A stretch of 64,000 nucleotides of DNA from positions 654,393 to 718,392 of the forward strand of contig BPHV01000001.1 in the NCBI GenBank assembly GCA_026003755.1, written 5' to 3'. Below the pieces are notes generated by a model, which saw nothing but the letters and a program-made list of their open reading frames with translations, was not told the origin of the DNA and did no database searches. A program made the position numbers and the translations under genes. This document shows, piece after piece, positions 63,763-64,000 of the stretch (position 1 is its first letter; each line of letters begins with the position of its first letter). This DNA comes from Candidatus Roseilinea sp. (GTDB taxonomy: Bacteria > Chloroflexota > Anaerolineae > J036 > Brachytrichaceae).

Positions 63763-64000
63763 CGCCGAACGCGCGATGTCCCACGGGCGCGCCTCGCGCT
63801 CAAACAGCGTGGATAATCCAACAGACCTAAACATCCGACCTCCGTTGATACATACTTGGCCGAGCATGAGTTGAAGCGCCTATCCGTTGACGCTCGACGG
63901 GCGGGCGAAGGCGCTGCCCTCGCCCGCCTGATGCACCCACTGCGTGCGTGCGTCCTCGAATAGGCCACTGAAAATAACTTTCAAGTGCAATGAAGCGAAT

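Noticed and set aside
63763-64000. A 9-bp hairpin (GGCGGGCGA...TCGCCCGCC) and an AT-richer window end, considered as a terminator or the start of a new element.
   Set aside because: No T tract follows on either strand, and too little sequence remains to interpret it.

Overview
High-GC (~65%) chromosomal core region. Gene content suggests a Chloroflexota-like or other high-GC Terrabacteria genome: E1 alpha/beta-type pyruvate dehydrogenase, a LysM/FxLYD wall protein, mycoredoxin-like and MshB-like genes, and dispersed heptamer repeats. That placement is a guess. I saw no rRNA, CRISPR array, transposase, integrase or phage genes.

Left part (1-41.7 kb), mostly minus strand:
- A Liv-type ABC uptake operon with an embedded URO-D/MT2-like gene.
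- A sugar-acid cluster: enolase-superfamily dehydratase, tRNA-Met, two Gfo/Idh/MocA genes and an SDR.
- A MarR-linked heterodimeric ABC exporter.
- A polar amino-acid ABC binding protein and permease without an ATPase.
- HAD, PIG-L, ltaE, a DUF1405-like gene, murA, pdhABC and a PduO-type adenosyltransferase.
- A LysM lipoprotein, comM, mutS2, a type III PKS with an AI-2E transporter, a SUOX-like Mo enzyme, an MFS transporter, and a 1017-aa YdiJ-like FAD/Fe-S oxidase.

Right part (41.8-59.2 kb): a complex I operon, nuoA to nuoM.
- It is interrupted by a signal-peptide protein made of three OB (YgiW/BOF-like) folds between nuoF and nuoG.
- It is interrupted again by a dienelactone hydrolase plus an MNT/HepT-like toxin-antitoxin-type pair between nuoL and nuoM.
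- It continues into lgt and a five-heme c-type cytochrome where nuoN would be expected.
- After it come DUF4230, a monothiol mycoredoxin-like gene, a ChlI/VWA pair and a GNAT-like gene.

Other signals:
- Two families of short repeats occur in frame inside unrelated CDSs: an (AATCTCC)n heptamer array and a G-rich GGGGATGGGnGGACAnGGGGACG module.
- A perfect 32-nt palindrome lies between nuoA and nuoB.
- Several TAnAAT-N6-GTG arrangements suggest leaderless mRNAs.
- At least seven reading-frame breaks occur, mostly at G/C runs. They look more like indel sequencing errors than true pseudogenes.

None of this amounts to a demonstrably new system. The nuo-embedded genes and the in-frame repeat modules are the most unusual items.
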